From Actinomycetota bacterium (GTDB taxonomy: Bacteria > Actinomycetota > UBA4738 > HRBIN12), in contig DATHTO010000139.1 of the NCBI GenBank assembly GCA_035463115.1, positions 3,461 through 67,460 of the forward strand: DNA of 64,000 bases. Direction: 5' to 3'. Numbering within the stretch: position 1 is the stretch's first letter; each line of letters starts with the position of its first letter. Below the pieces are notes generated by a model. It made no database searches and had not been told where the DNA came from. It was given only the letters and a program-made list of their open reading frames with translations. Positions 11,535 through 21,772 of this stretch are shown one piece after another. The position numbers were made by a program, and so were the translations under genes.

Positions 11535-12860
11535 GTGAGCGCACGTGACTACCGTGAGGTCGTCGCGGCGAAGCGAGATGGGCGCACGATCGCTGCGGCT
11601 GACCTCGAGGCGTTCGTCCTCGCGTACGGCCGCGGGGAGGTGCCGGACGCGCTGGCCTCGGCGTTCCTGATGGCGTGCGTGCTGCGCGGTCTCGATGCCG
11701 CCGAGACGCTCGCCATGACCCAGGCGATGATCGCGTCGGGGGACACCGTGTCGTTCCCCGGCATCGGCCTGCCGACGGTCGACAAGCACTCGACCGGCGG
11801 CGTCGCCGACGGCGTCACGCTCGTCTTCGCTCCGCTCGCGGCAGCCCTCGGCGTCGGCGTCGCGAAGCTCTCCGGTCGCGGGCTTGGACACACCGGTGGG
11901 ACGCTCGACAAGCTCGAGTCGATCCCGGGTCTCCGGACGGATCTGTCGCCGGCCGAGATCGAGTCGCAGGTGAGCACGATCGGGTGCGCCGTCGCCGCGC
12001 AGTCCGCGAACCTGGTGCCCGCCGACGGCGCCCTCTACGCGCTCCGCGACGCCACCGCGACGGTGCCGTCCACCGCGCTGATCGCCGCGAGCGTGATGTC
12101 GAAGAAACTTGCGGTGGGGACCGACCTCATCCTCCTCGACGTGAAGGCGGGGTCGGGGGCGTTCATGAAGACCGCCGACGACGCTCGCGGCCTCGCGCGC
12201 GCGTGCCTGGACCTCGCCCGCGGGGCCGGCCGCCGCGCCCACGTGTCGGTGACCGACATGTCGCAGCCGCTCGGCACCGCGATCGGGAACGCCCTCGACG
12301 TCGCGGAGGCGGTCCGCGTGCTGCGCGGGGAGGATCGCGGCCGACTGGCGAAGCTCTGCGCGTGGTTCGCGGCGCGCGCCTCGATCGAGCTCGGCGGAAC
12401 GACGGCCGACGACGCCGCACGCCGCGTGGAGCACGCGATCGCGAGCGGCGCGGCGCTCGAGCGCCTGCGGCGGATGGTCGAGGCCCAGGGAGGAGACCCG
12501 CACGTCGTCGACGATCCCGGCGGCGTGTTGCCGTCCGCACCCGTCCGCCTCCCGCTCGCAGCGCCGCGGGCCGGTACGCTCGCTGCCGTGGACGCCGAGG
12601 CGCTCGGGCTCGCGAGCGCCGCGCTCGGCGCCGGTCGGCGGCGCAAGGGGGACGCGATCGACCCGGCCGTCGGGATCGTGTTCGCGCCGAAGATCGGCGA
12701 CCGGGTGGAGGAGGCGCAGCCGATCGGCGAGGTGCACGCTCGCACCGACGACGACGGCGACGACGCCGTTCGCCGGGTGCTGGCCGCGATCGAGATCGTC
12801 GACGGGGCGGTCGAGGCGCCGCCGCTCGTGATCGACGCGTTCGGGGAAGGAAGGGACTGA
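11535..12860 (+). CDS. deoA: thymidine/pyrimidine-nucleoside phosphorylase
   Basis: 441 aa with KHSTGGVADGV and SGRGLGHTGGTLDKLESIPG. GGAGG precedes GTG 11535. Confidence 0.9.
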   Translation: MSARDYREVVAAKRDGRTIAAADLEAFVLAYGRGEVPDALASAFLMACVLRGLDAAETLAMTQAMIASGDTVSFPGIGLPTVDKHSTGGVADGVTLVFAPLAAALGVGVAKLSGRGLGHTGGTLDKLESIPGLRTDLSPAEIESQVSTIGCAVAAQSANLVPADGALYALRDATATVPSTALIAASVMSKKLAVGTDLILLDVKAGSGAFMKTADDARGLARACLDLARGAGRRAHVSVTDMSQPLGTAIGNALDVAEAVRVLRGEDRGRLAKLCAWFAARASIELGGTTADDAARRVEHAIASGAALERLRRMVEAQGGDPHVVDDPGGVLPSAPVRLPLAAPRAGTLAAVDAEALGLASAALGAGRRRKGDAIDPAVGIVFAPKIGDRVEEAQPIGEVHARTDDDGDDAVRRVLAAIEIVDGAVEAPPLVIDAFGEGRD

Positions 12861-12862
12861 TC

Positions 12863-13528
12863 GTGCTCGCCCAGCTCGGCAACTTCACGGCGGTCACGAC
12901 GAGGATGGCCGTCTACCTCGTCGCCGGGCTGCTCGTCGGGATGGTCGTGCGCGAGTTCGTGCGCGCGTCGGTCGCGTCGCGCCTGCACGATCCGACGCCT
13001 CGCTTGTGGGGACGCCTCACGTGGGATCCGCGGTCCTGGTTCGATCCGTTCGGCGCGGGGCTCGTCCCGGGGCTGATCGCGGTGCTCTGGGCGGCCGGCG
13101 TCTTCTGGAGCCCGGCGGCGTACGGCAAGCCGGCTCCGATCGATCCCTCGTACTTCCGGCACCACCGGCGCGACGTCGTGCTGGTGTCCCTGGCCGGCCC
13201 GTCGGCGACGCTGGTGCTGGCGTTCGCGAGCGGGTTCGCGTTCCGGGCGGTCGCGAGCGGGGGAGGAGAGCTCGCGCTCGTGCTCCTGGTCCTCACGCAC
13301 GCCTTCGCGGGGCTCACGGTCTTCCATCTGCTGCCGGTGCCCGGCCTCGACGGCGCGCGGATCGTGGCGCTCCTGCTGCCGCCCGCCGCCGCGCAGGTCT
13401 ACCGCAACGCCGACAAGTACCTGCCGCTGTTCGTGCTGGTCCTGCTGTTCCTCTTCGGTACGGCGATCCTCGGGGCGCTGACCGCCGCCCTGTGCTCGCT
13501 GGCCACCGGTGAGGCCTGCATCCCGTGA
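12863..13528 (+). CDS. site-2 protease (peptidase M50, COG1994-like) family membrane protein with a degenerate HExxH
   Basis: Start is the internal GTG 12863 of track ORF 11675..13528, after GGAAGGAAGGGA. Polytopic membrane protein. It has the family pattern ...REFVRASVASRLHDPTPRLWGRLTWDP...FDPFG...HLLPVPGLDGARI, but reads RExxR where HExxH is expected. Confidence 0.7.
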   Translation: MLAQLGNFTAVTTRMAVYLVAGLLVGMVVREFVRASVASRLHDPTPRLWGRLTWDPRSWFDPFGAGLVPGLIAVLWAAGVFWSPAAYGKPAPIDPSYFRHHRRDVVLVSLAGPSATLVLAFASGFAFRAVASGGGELALVLLVLTHAFAGLTVFHLLPVPGLDGARIVALLLPPAAAQVYRNADKYLPLFVLVLLFLFGTAILGALTAALCSLATGEACIP

Positions 13529-13577
13529 CCGGCGCTGCGCGGGGCAGCCGGAAGCCCGCGCTATCATCGCCGCCATC

Positions 13578-14594
13578 GTGAGCGCTGACGTCGCCGCCCC
13601 CGCCCGGACGAAGCGCGTCCTGACCGGCTACCGGCCGACCGGACCGCTGCACCTCGGGCATTGGGCCGGCAACATCGAGAACATGCTCGCGCTCCAGGCC
13701 GACGCGGGGCACGAATGCTTCTTCTTCGTCGCCGACTGGCACATGTTGACCACGCACTACGACCGGACCGACGAGCTTCCCGGATTCGTCGAAGGGCTCG
13801 TGCTCGACTGGCTCGCCGCGGGCATCGACCCGGAACGAGCGGTGATCTACCGACAGTCCGATCTGCCGGAGGTCGCCGAGATGACGCTGCTGCTCGGCAT
13901 GATCACGCCGCTCGGCTGGCTCGAACGCGTCCCCTCGTACAAGGAACGCCTCCGCGACATGACCGAGCGCGACGTCGCGAACTTCGGGCTGCTCGGGTAC
14001 CCGGTCCTGCAGACCGTCGACATCACGATCGTCGGCGGAGAGCTCGTCCCCGTGGGCGAGGACCAGGTCGCGCACCTCGAGCTGTCGCGCGAGATCGTCC
14101 GACGGTTCAACCGGCTGTACGGTGACGTCCTCGTCGAGCCGCAGCCCCTGCTCTCCCGCACCCCGCTGATCCCCGGCTCCGACGGTCGCAAGATGTCGAA
14201 GAGCTTCGACAACGCCATCGGCGTGCGCGACGACCCCGACACGATCCGCGCGAAGGTCCGCACGTTCATCACCGACCCGCAGAAGATCCGTCTCGGCGAT
14301 CCTGGTCGGCCCGAGATCTGCCCGATCTTCGCGCTCCACCGCTACTTCTCTCCCGAGGACGACGTCGAGCGCGTCGATCGCACGTGTCGCACCGGTGAGC
14401 TGGGGTGCGTGCAGAACAAGGGCGACATCGCGGAACGGCTGATCGAGTCGTTCGCGCCGTTCCGCGAGCGGCGAGCGGGGTTCGCGGCGCAGCCCGGCCT
14501 CGTCGAGCGCGTGCTGCGCGACGGCGCCGAGCGTGCGAGGCCGGTCGCACGGGCGACGCTCGACGCCGTGCGCGAGGCGATGCACTTCGCATGA
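13578..14594 (+). CDS. trpS: tryptophan--tRNA ligase
   Basis: GTG 13578. It has TGYRPTGPLHLGHW (HIGH-type motif) and KMSKS. Confidence 0.9.
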   Translation: MSADVAAPARTKRVLTGYRPTGPLHLGHWAGNIENMLALQADAGHECFFFVADWHMLTTHYDRTDELPGFVEGLVLDWLAAGIDPERAVIYRQSDLPEVAEMTLLLGMITPLGWLERVPSYKERLRDMTERDVANFGLLGYPVLQTVDITIVGGELVPVGEDQVAHLELSREIVRRFNRLYGDVLVEPQPLLSRTPLIPGSDGRKMSKSFDNAIGVRDDPDTIRAKVRTFITDPQKIRLGDPGRPEICPIFALHRYFSPEDDVERVDRTCRTGELGCVQNKGDIAERLIESFAPFRERRAGFAAQPGLVERVLRDGAERARPVARATLDAVREAMHFA

Positions 14595-15349
14595 GCGGCG
14601 ACGGAGCGGCGCGCACGGATCCGTCCGGCAGCTTCGCGGTCGACGTTCCCGTCTATCAGGGACCGTTCCGCTTGTTGGCCGATCTGATCCTCGAGCAGAA
14701 GGTCGACGTCTGCGACGTGCCCGTCGCGACGGTGACGGATCGGTACCTCGCCCACGCGAGGGACGCCGACGCATGGAACCTCGAAGAGGCTACGTGGTTC
14801 CTCGCGATCTGCGCTGTGCTCCTCGAGCTCAAGGTCGCTCGGCTGACCCCACGCCACACCGAGCCCGACGAGGACGACCTGCTCGGTGGTTCGCCCGACC
14901 TCGTGTACGCGCGATCGATCGAGCTGCGTGCGTTCCGCAAGGTCGCGGTCGAGCTCGCGCGGCGGCTCGAGGACGAGGCGAGCTACTTCGCGAGGGACGT
15001 CGGACCCGGCCCCGAGTTCTCGCACCTGTATCCGGACCCGATGGAGAAGGTCGCCGCGGATCGGCTCGCGACGCTCGCCGCGCAGCTGCTCCGGCCGCCT
15101 CCCACGCTCGATCTGACGCACGTGACGCCGATCCGCTTCACCGTCGCCGACGCGATCACGGCGGTCGAGGAGCGGATCCAGGCGATCGCGGGACGGGCGG
15201 CGACGTTCCGCGAGCTGGTCGCCGACTGCGAGGACCGTATGCACGTCGTGGTGCGCTTCCTCGCCCTGCTCGAGCTGTACCGTGACGGGCGGATCGAGCT
15301 CCAGCAGGCGGCGACGTTCGGCGAGATCGAGGTGGAGTGGCGCGGATGA
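14591..15349 (+). CDS. scpA: segregation and condensation protein A
   Basis: ATG 14591 (ATGA overlap with trpS). It reads VYQGPFRLLADLILEQKVDVCDVPVATVTDRYL. Confidence 0.85.
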   Translation: MSGDGAARTDPSGSFAVDVPVYQGPFRLLADLILEQKVDVCDVPVATVTDRYLAHARDADAWNLEEATWFLAICAVLLELKVARLTPRHTEPDEDDLLGGSPDLVYARSIELRAFRKVAVELARRLEDEASYFARDVGPGPEFSHLYPDPMEKVAADRLATLAAQLLRPPPTLDLTHVTPIRFTVADAITAVEERIQAIAGRAATFRELVADCEDRMHVVVRFLALLELYRDGRIELQQAATFGEIEVEWRG

Positions 15350-16047
15350 GCGACGTGACCGGGACGTACGACACGCGCGCGCTCGAGGCGCTGTTCTTCG
15401 TCTCCGACGAGCCCCTGACGTCGTCGGTCCTCGCCCAGGCGCTCGAGGTCGACCGCCGGACGGTGGAGGCGATGTGCGACGAGCTCGCGCGCGACCTGGA
15501 TGCGCGGAACGCCGGTCTCGTGCTCCGCAACGTCGCGGGGGGCTGGCGCCTCTACACCCATCCCGACGCGGCGGCGATCGTGGAGCGGTTCGTCCTGTCC
15601 TCACGCCAGGCGCGGCTCACGAAGGCCGCGCTCGAGACGCTCGCGATCGTCGCCTACAAGCAGCCCGTCACGCGACACCAGGTGAGCGCCGTCCGAGGCG
15701 TGAACTCCGACGGCGTCCTGCGCGCGCTCGTGGATCGTGGGCTCGTCGAGGAGGCCGGGCGCGAGGAGACGCCCGGTCGACCCCTGCTGTACGCGACGAC
15801 CCCGCAGTTCCTCGAGCGGCTTGGGCTCCCGTCGCTCGCCGCGTTGCCGTCGCTCGCTCCACTGCTCGACGCCGGCGCCGACGACGCGGGAACGCTCGCC
15901 GACGAGGTGGCCGAGGATGCGATCTCCGGCGGTCCGTCCACCGCGACCGGAGAGGTCACGGTCGTGGAGGATGCGCCCGACGACGCGGTCGAGGTCGTCG
16001 GCGCGGAGCCTGACGCCGCGCCCGAGGTCGATCCCGCCGCGGGCTGA
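15346..16047 (+). CDS. scpB: segregation and condensation protein B
   Basis: ATG 15346 (ATGA overlap with scpA). It reads ALEALFFVSDEPL and IVAYKQPVTRHQVSAVRGV, followed by an acidic tail. Confidence 0.85.
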   Translation: MSDVTGTYDTRALEALFFVSDEPLTSSVLAQALEVDRRTVEAMCDELARDLDARNAGLVLRNVAGGWRLYTHPDAAAIVERFVLSSRQARLTKAALETLAIVAYKQPVTRHQVSAVRGVNSDGVLRALVDRGLVEEAGREETPGRPLLYATTPQFLERLGLPSLAALPSLAPLLDAGADDAGTLADEVAEDAISGGPSTATGEVTVVEDAPDDAVEVVGAEPDAAPEVDPAAG

Positions 16048-16769
16048 TGCCCGAGGAGCGTCTCCAGCGCGCGCTCGCGCGCGCTGGGCATGGATCGCGC
16101 CGATCGAGCGAGGAGCTGATCGCCGCGGGAAGGGTCAAGGTCAACGGAAGGGTCGCGACCCTCGGTGACAAGGTCGATCCCGGCAGCGACGAGGTCGAGC
16201 TCGACGGCATCCGTGTCAACCTCGACCCGAACGTCCGGTACTACGCCCTCCACAAGCCCGTCGGCGTCGTCACGACGATGCAGGACCCGCAGGGCCGCCC
16301 GAGCGTCCGCGATCTGCTGCCGCAGGATGGACCCCGCGTCTTCCCGGTGGGGCGCCTCGACCGGGACACCGAGGGGCTCCTCCTCCTCACGAACGACGGC
16401 GACCTCGCGAACCGACTCACGCACCCGCGCTACGGCGTCGAGAAGGAGTACCTCGCCGAGGTGGACGGCGCTCCGGCGCCGCGGCACGCGACCGCCCTGC
16501 GGCACGGTGTCGATCTCGACGACGGTCCGGCGCGTGCGGCGAGCGTCCGCATCGTCGACGCGCGCGGTGGCCGCGGGCAGCTGCGGCTCGTGATGACCGA
16601 AGGCCGCAAGCGCGAGGTCCGGCGCTTGCTCGCCGCCGTCGGGCTCCCCGTCGTGCGCCTCGTGCGCCTGCGCGTCGGCCCGGTCACCCTCGGCGGCCTG
16701 CCGCCGGGGGCCGTCCGAGAGCTGTCGGTCGAGGAGATCCGCGGCCTCACGGAGGCGGCTGGACGGTAG
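16047..16769 (+). CDS. rluB: 23S rRNA pseudouridine synthase (RsuA/RluB family)
   Basis: S4 domain N-terminus, HKPVGVVTT, and GRLDRDTEGLLLLTNDGD. Confidence 0.85.
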   Translation: MPEERLQRALARAGHGSRRSSEELIAAGRVKVNGRVATLGDKVDPGSDEVELDGIRVNLDPNVRYYALHKPVGVVTTMQDPQGRPSVRDLLPQDGPRVFPVGRLDRDTEGLLLLTNDGDLANRLTHPRYGVEKEYLAEVDGAPAPRHATALRHGVDLDDGPARAASVRIVDARGGRGQLRLVMTEGRKREVRRLLAAVGLPVVRLVRLRVGPVTLGGLPPGAVRELSVEEIRGLTEAAGR

Positions 16770-16815
16770 CCTTGCCGCGGCGGTCCGACCGACGGGCGCG
16801 CGGGAGGGTGCGGTC

Positions 16816-17184
16816 ATGCGGGTGCGTGCGGCGCGAGGCGCCATCGTGGTGCCGACGGGCGGCGCCGGCGACGTCCTGGCCGCGACCGAGAAGCTGCTCT
16901 CGGCGGTCCTCGATCGGAACGCCATCGTCTCCGACGATCTCGTGAGCATCCTGTTCACCGCGACGGAGGACCTCGTCTCGGCGTTCCCCGCCGAAGCCGC
17001 CCGACGGATGGGCCTCGGCGCCGTGCCGCTGCTGTGCGCCCGCGAGATCCCCGTCGAGGGATCGATGGCGTCGGTCGTGCGGATCCTCGTGCACTTCCAT
17101 TCCGAGATGGCGCTCGACGAGGTGACGCACGTGTACCTCGACGGCGCCGAGACCCTCCGTGATGACCTCGAGCCCACCGCCTGA
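16816..17184 (+). CDS. aroH: chorismate mutase, AroH type
   Basis: 122 aa reading RAARGAIVV...FTATEDLVSAFPA...HVYLDGAETLRDDL, which is colinear with B. subtilis AroH as I recall it. GGGAGGG precedes the ATG. Confidence 0.8.
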   Translation: MRVRAARGAIVVPTGGAGDVLAATEKLLSAVLDRNAIVSDDLVSILFTATEDLVSAFPAEAARRMGLGAVPLLCAREIPVEGSMASVVRILVHFHSEMALDEVTHVYLDGAETLRDDLEPTA

Positions 17185-18286
17185 CGGCGCGACGGGTGAA
17201 ACCGTCGCCGTGATCGGGGCGGGGCTCGTCGGCACCTCGGTCGCCCTCGCGGCGGCGCGTGCAGGCGCCTCGGTCCGGGCGTGGGACGTCGACCGGCAGC
17301 CCCTCGCGATCGCGACGCGGAGCGACGGCATCACCGCTGGTCCCGACGCGTCGGCGACGGTCCGCCGCGCCACGATCGTCGTCGTCGCGACGCCGATCGC
17401 GGCGATCGCGCGATGCGTCGTGGACGCGATCGCCGACGAGCCGGACGCGGTCGTCACCGACGCCGGCAGCATCAAGACCCACGTGGTCGGCGAGGCGACG
17501 TCGCTCGCGCGCGAGCGCGGCGTCAGCCTCGAGCGGTTCGTTCCCGGTCACCCGATGGGGGGCAGCGAGCGATCCGGACCGGCGCATGCCTCGGCGGCGG
17601 TCGTCGACGGGATCGTCTGGGCGGTCACGCCGACGCCGGTTTCGTCGGCGGCGGCCGTCGCGCGTCTCGAGTCGTTCGTCCGCGCCCTCGGCGCTCGTCC
17701 GGTCCGACTCGAACCCGCGCGGCACGACCGCCTCGTCGCCACGGTGAGCCACCTCCCGCAGGTGGCGTCCACCGCGCTCATGAGCCTCGCGGCCGCCGAG
17801 GAGGCGGACGAGCCCGACATCTTGTTGCTCGCGGCGGGCGGGTTCCGCGACCTCACGCGCCTCGCCGCGTCGAGCCCCCATCTGTGGAGCGAGATCCTCC
17901 TCGCGAACCGCACCGAGGTCGCCCGTGCGATCGATCTGTACGTCGAGCGTCTCGAGCGCCTCCGCGACGAGATCCGGGAGGGGGCCGGCACCGCGGTCGA
18001 GCGGATCTTCGACGAAGCCAAGGGTGCGCGCCTGGGTCTCGCCGCGAAGCCACAGGTCCGCGCGGGCGTCGCCGTGCTCCAGGTGCCGATCCCGGACCGC
18101 CCGGGCGCCCTCGCGGTCCTCACGGGCAGCCTCGCCGATGCAGGCGTCAACATCGAGGACCTCCAGATCGTCCACTCGCCGGAGGGGGGACGGGGACTCG
18201 TCCACCTCACCGTCGCGGTCGACGCGGCCGACGGGGCCGTGTCGGTGCTGGCGTCCCACGATCTCGACGCGCTCCGGCTCGCGTGA
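17159..18286 (+). CDS. tyrA: prephenate dehydrogenase with a C-terminal ACT domain
   Basis: Rossmann motif VAVIGAGLVGTSVA, plus HPMGGSERSGP. The ACT-like tail reads VLQVPIPDRPGALAVLTGSLADAGVNIEDL. Start is GTG 17159 or ATG 17162. Confidence 0.8.
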   Translation: MMTSSPPPDGATGETVAVIGAGLVGTSVALAAARAGASVRAWDVDRQPLAIATRSDGITAGPDASATVRRATIVVVATPIAAIARCVVDAIADEPDAVVTDAGSIKTHVVGEATSLARERGVSLERFVPGHPMGGSERSGPAHASAAVVDGIVWAVTPTPVSSAAAVARLESFVRALGARPVRLEPARHDRLVATVSHLPQVASTALMSLAAAEEADEPDILLLAAGGFRDLTRLAASSPHLWSEILLANRTEVARAIDLYVERLERLRDEIREGAGTAVERIFDEAKGARLGLAAKPQVRAGVAVLQVPIPDRPGALAVLTGSLADAGVNIEDLQIVHSPEGGRGLVHLTVAVDAADGAVSVLASHDLDALRLA

Positions 18287-18299
18287 GAGGTGAGCGGGC

Positions 18300-19688
18300 A
18301 TGCGGCTGCGCGTGACGCCCGGCTCGGCGCTCGGGCCCGCGACCGTGCGGGTGCCGGGGGACAAGTCGATCGCCCACCGCTGGTTGATCCTCGCCGCGAC
18401 GGCCGACGGGCTGAGCCGTCTGGTCGAGGTTCCGCCTTCGCTCGACGTGCGCTCGACGGCCGTCTGCCTGTCGTCCCTCCTTCCCGACGCTCGACCTGCA
18501 CTCGAGCGCTGGACGCGGAACGTTGCCGCGGCCGTGGAGGCTGGCGGTTCCACGTGGAACGTCGGGTCGAGCGACGGGGTCGAGGGATCGGCGTTCCCGG
18601 TCCTTGAGGTCGACGGTCATGGCCGGGACGCGCTGGTCAGCGCCGGTCGAGACCTCGACTGCGGCAACTCCGGCACCTCGATGCGCCTCTTCGCCGGCGT
18701 CGTCGCGGCGGCGCCGTTCCGGACGGTCCTCACCGGCGACGCGAGCCTGGAGCGGCGGCCGATGGAACGGATCGCCGCGCCGCTGCGCTCGATGGGCGCG
18801 TCGGTGGCGACGACGGACGGACATGCGCCCATCACGATCGACGGCGGCCCGCTCCACGGCATCCGGTACGAGGTTCCGGTCCCGAGCGCGCAGGTGAAGA
18901 GCGCCGTGCTGTTCGCCGGCATCGCGGCCGAGGGCGAGACGACCGTCGTCGAGCCGGCCGCGACCCGCGACCACACGGAACGCGCGCTCCGCGCCCTCGG
19001 CGCCGACGTCACGAGCGACGGCGCATCGGTCACGGTGCGCCGTTCCCGGCATCGATCCTTCGACGGCCGCGTGCCGGGGGATCCGTCATCGGCGGCGTTC
19101 CTCGTCGCCGGCGCCGCGATCACGGGCTCCCGGTTGACGATCGAGCGGGTGGGCGTCAACCCGACGCGGACGAGGTACCTCGACGTGATGCGACGGATGG
19201 GCGTGACGATCACCGTGGCGGTGACCGGGGAGGAGGTCGGCGAGCCGGTGGGCGATCTCCGCGTCGAGCCGCCGTCGCGGATCGCGCCGGTCGTCGTCGA
19301 CGCCGCGGAGCTTCCGCTGGTGGTCGACGAGGTTCCCGTCCTCGCGGCCCTCGCGGCCCATGCGGACGGACCGTCGTGGTTCGAGGGCGCGCGAGAGCTC
19401 CGCGTGAAGGAGAGCGATCGCCTCGTCGGGCTCGCGGAGCGCTTCCGCGCCCTCGGCCACCACGCCGGCGTGGAGGACGACGCGCTCACCCTCGCCGGCC
19501 GGGGCGTCCGCGGCGGTCGTGTCACGTCCGGCGGCGACCACCGGATCGCGATGGCATTCGCGGTCGCTGCACTGGCCGCCGATGCGCCCGTCGAGATCGA
19601 CGGGATGGAGGCCGAAGCCGTCAGCTTCCCAGGGTTCTCGCGGATGCTGCTCGAGCTGGGGGCCGCTGCGCAGGCGGTCGAGGGATGA
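18300..19688 (+). CDS. aroA: 3-phosphoshikimate 1-carboxyvinyltransferase (EPSP synthase)
   Basis: 462 aa with VPGDKSIAHR, LDCGNSGTSMRL, and KESDRL. Confidence 0.9.
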   Translation: MRLRVTPGSALGPATVRVPGDKSIAHRWLILAATADGLSRLVEVPPSLDVRSTAVCLSSLLPDARPALERWTRNVAAAVEAGGSTWNVGSSDGVEGSAFPVLEVDGHGRDALVSAGRDLDCGNSGTSMRLFAGVVAAAPFRTVLTGDASLERRPMERIAAPLRSMGASVATTDGHAPITIDGGPLHGIRYEVPVPSAQVKSAVLFAGIAAEGETTVVEPAATRDHTERALRALGADVTSDGASVTVRRSRHRSFDGRVPGDPSSAAFLVAGAAITGSRLTIERVGVNPTRTRYLDVMRRMGVTITVAVTGEEVGEPVGDLRVEPPSRIAPVVVDAAELPLVVDEVPVLAALAAHADGPSWFEGARELRVKESDRLVGLAERFRALGHHAGVEDDALTLAGRGVRGGRVTSGGDHRIAMAFAVAALAADAPVEIDGMEAEAVSFPGFSRMLLELGAAAQAVEG

Positions 19689-20341
19689 TCGGCTCGCGCG
19701 TCATCGCGATCGACGGCGCGGCGGGGTCGGGGAAGTCCACCCTTGCGCGAGCGATCGCCGAACGCCTCGGCCTTCCGTACGTCAACACCGGGGAGATGTA
19801 CCGGGCCGTCGCGGCCGCTGCGCTGGCGTCGGGCGTGGACACCGACGATGCGCCGGGGCTGCTCGACCTCGCTCGGCGATCGAGGTTCATCCTCGCCGAC
19901 GGAGCGCCGCGCGAGCTGGAGGTCGAAGGTTGGCCGCGGGAGCGCCTGCACACCGCCGACGTCGACGCGACGGTGTCGGCCGTGTCACGGCATCCGGCCG
20001 TCCGCGCGCATCTCCGAGAGGCGCAGCGGGCGTTCGCCCGCGCCGGAGCCGTGATGGAAGGTCGTGACATCGCGTCGGTCGTCGTGCCCGACGCGAGGGT
20101 GAAGGTCTACGTGACCGCGCACGAGGACGTCCGCGCCTCGCGCCGCGCGAAGCAACGCGGCGCCGACCTCACCGGAACCGACGACGCCTTGCGCCGACGG
20201 GACGCGCGCGACGCGGTGACGACACCGCACGTGCCGGCCGCCGGGGCGGACGTCGTCGACACGACCCACCTCGACGTCGACGGCGCGATCGAGGCGATCA
20301 TGGCGATCGTCCGCCGTCGGGCGCCGGAGCTCGTGCCGTGA
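19685..20341 (+). CDS. cmk: cytidylate kinase
   Basis: ATG 19685 (ATGA overlap with aroA). It reads [34 protein letters not shown]. Confidence 0.9.
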   Translation: MIGSRVIAIDGAAGSGKSTLARAIAERLGLPYVNTGEMYRAVAAAALASGVDTDDAPGLLDLARRSRFILADGAPRELEVEGWPRERLHTADVDATVSAVSRHPAVRAHLREAQRAFARAGAVMEGRDIASVVVPDARVKVYVTAHEDVRASRRAKQRGADLTGTDDALRRRDARDAVTTPHVPAAGADVVDTTHLDVDGAIEAIMAIVRRRAPELVP

Positions 20342-21681
20342 GCGCGTCGGCGATCCCGTCGATCGCGGTGGTCGGCCGGCAGAACGTCGGCAAGTCGACG
20401 TTGGTCAACCGTCTGTTCGGACGCCGCGCGACGATCGCGCACGGCATGCCGGGCGTCACGCGCGACCGCCTCGAGCTCGAGGCGAGCTGGAACGGACGGA
20501 CCTTCGGCCTCGTCGACACCGCGGGATACGTGCACGGTGCGCAGGGCATCGAGGCGCGTGCGGCCGAGCAGGCGGAGCGCGCGATCGCATCGGCCGACCT
20601 GATCGTGTTCGTCGTCGACGTTCAGGCCGGCGTCACCGACGAGGACGGTCGGCTCGCGGCGCGGTTCCGACGTTCGTCGACGCCGGTGCTGCTCGTCGCG
20701 AACAAGGCGGACTCGCCGAACGACCTGGCCGACGTCGCGACCCTGCACCGCCTCGGCCTGGGTGAGCCGTTCCCCGTGTCGGCGCTCCACGGGCAAGGGA
20801 CGGGCGACCTGTTGGATCGCATCGTCGAGCTGCTGCCGGATCGCGCCGCGCCGGCCGATCCGCACGACGAGCGCCGCTTCGCGATCGTCGGACGCCCAAA
20901 CGTCGGGAAGTCGAGCCTGTTCAACCGCTTGGTGGGGGAGGAGCGCGCGATCGTCTCCGACGTCGCCGGAACGACGCGCGACGCGATCGACTCGCTGGTC
21001 GACTGGCCGACGCTCGGTCGCGTGCGGTTCGTCGACACCGCCGGCATGCGCCGGGGAACGAAGGTGCGCGGCGTCGAGTACTACAGCGTCCTCCGGGCGG
21101 CCGAGGCGATCGAGGGCGCGCACGTCGCGGTCCTCGTCCTCGACGCCGTCGGCGGCTTCACGACGGAGGACAAGAAGATCGCGAACCGCGTGATGGACGC
21201 GGGCCGAGCGCTCCTCGTGGTGGCGAACCGTTGGGACCTCGTCGAGGAGAAGGACGAGACGTTCAAGCGCCTCGGCGACGAACTCTCGATCTACGCGTCC
21301 GCGGAGGTCGTCCGCACCTCGGCACTGACCGGCCTCGGGGTGCATCGTCTGCCGTCGATCCTCGTCGACCTCCACCGCAGGTGGACCTCGGAAGCCCCGA
21401 CGTCGGTGGTGAACGACCTGTTGCAGCAGGCGCAGCGGGAGCGGCCCACGCCGCGGAGCGCGAGCACGCTCCACTACGTCACGCAGGTCGCGACGGGTCC
21501 CCCGACGTTCACGATCTTCGGGGGGGCCCGGCCGCCCGACGCCGGCTACCGGCGCTACCTCGAGAATCGGTTCCGTCGAGAACTCCACCTCGACGGCGTG
21601 CCGATCCGGTTGCGGTTCCGCGCGCGAGAGCGGAAGTCGCGACGCCCACGGGAGGCGTCGGGTGGCGAACCCGACCGGTAG
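20338..21681 (+). CDS. der: ribosome biogenesis GTPase Der (EngA)
   Basis: Two GTPase domains (GRQNVGKST and GRPNVGKSS) plus a KH-like C-terminus. GTGA overlap with cmk. Confidence 0.95.
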   Translation: MSASAIPSIAVVGRQNVGKSTLVNRLFGRRATIAHGMPGVTRDRLELEASWNGRTFGLVDTAGYVHGAQGIEARAAEQAERAIASADLIVFVVDVQAGVTDEDGRLAARFRRSSTPVLLVANKADSPNDLADVATLHRLGLGEPFPVSALHGQGTGDLLDRIVELLPDRAAPADPHDERRFAIVGRPNVGKSSLFNRLVGEERAIVSDVAGTTRDAIDSLVDWPTLGRVRFVDTAGMRRGTKVRGVEYYSVLRAAEAIEGAHVAVLVLDAVGGFTTEDKKIANRVMDAGRALLVVANRWDLVEEKDETFKRLGDELSIYASAEVVRTSALTGLGVHRLPSILVDLHRRWTSEAPTSVVNDLLQQAQRERPTPRSASTLHYVTQVATGPPTFTIFGGARPPDAGYRRYLENRFRRELHLDGVPIRLRFRARERKSRRPREASGGEPDR

Positions 21682-21694
21682 GATGGGCGTCCAT

Positions 21695-21769
21695 CGGGCC
21701 GTGGCGCAGCTTGGTTAGCGCGTCTGACTGGGGGTCAGAAGGTCGCCGGTTCGAATCCGGCCGGCCCGA
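21695..21769 (+). tRNA. tRNA-Pro (anticodon GGG)
   Basis: The cloverleaf can be read by eye. Acceptor CGGGCCG/CGGCCCG, D arm GCGC-AGCTTGGTTA-GCGC, anticodon arm TCTGA-CTGGGGG-TCAGA, variable loop AGGTC, T arm GCCGG-TTCGAAT-CCGGC, discriminator A. No CCA is encoded. Confidence 0.9.
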
Positions 21770-21772
21770 CCG

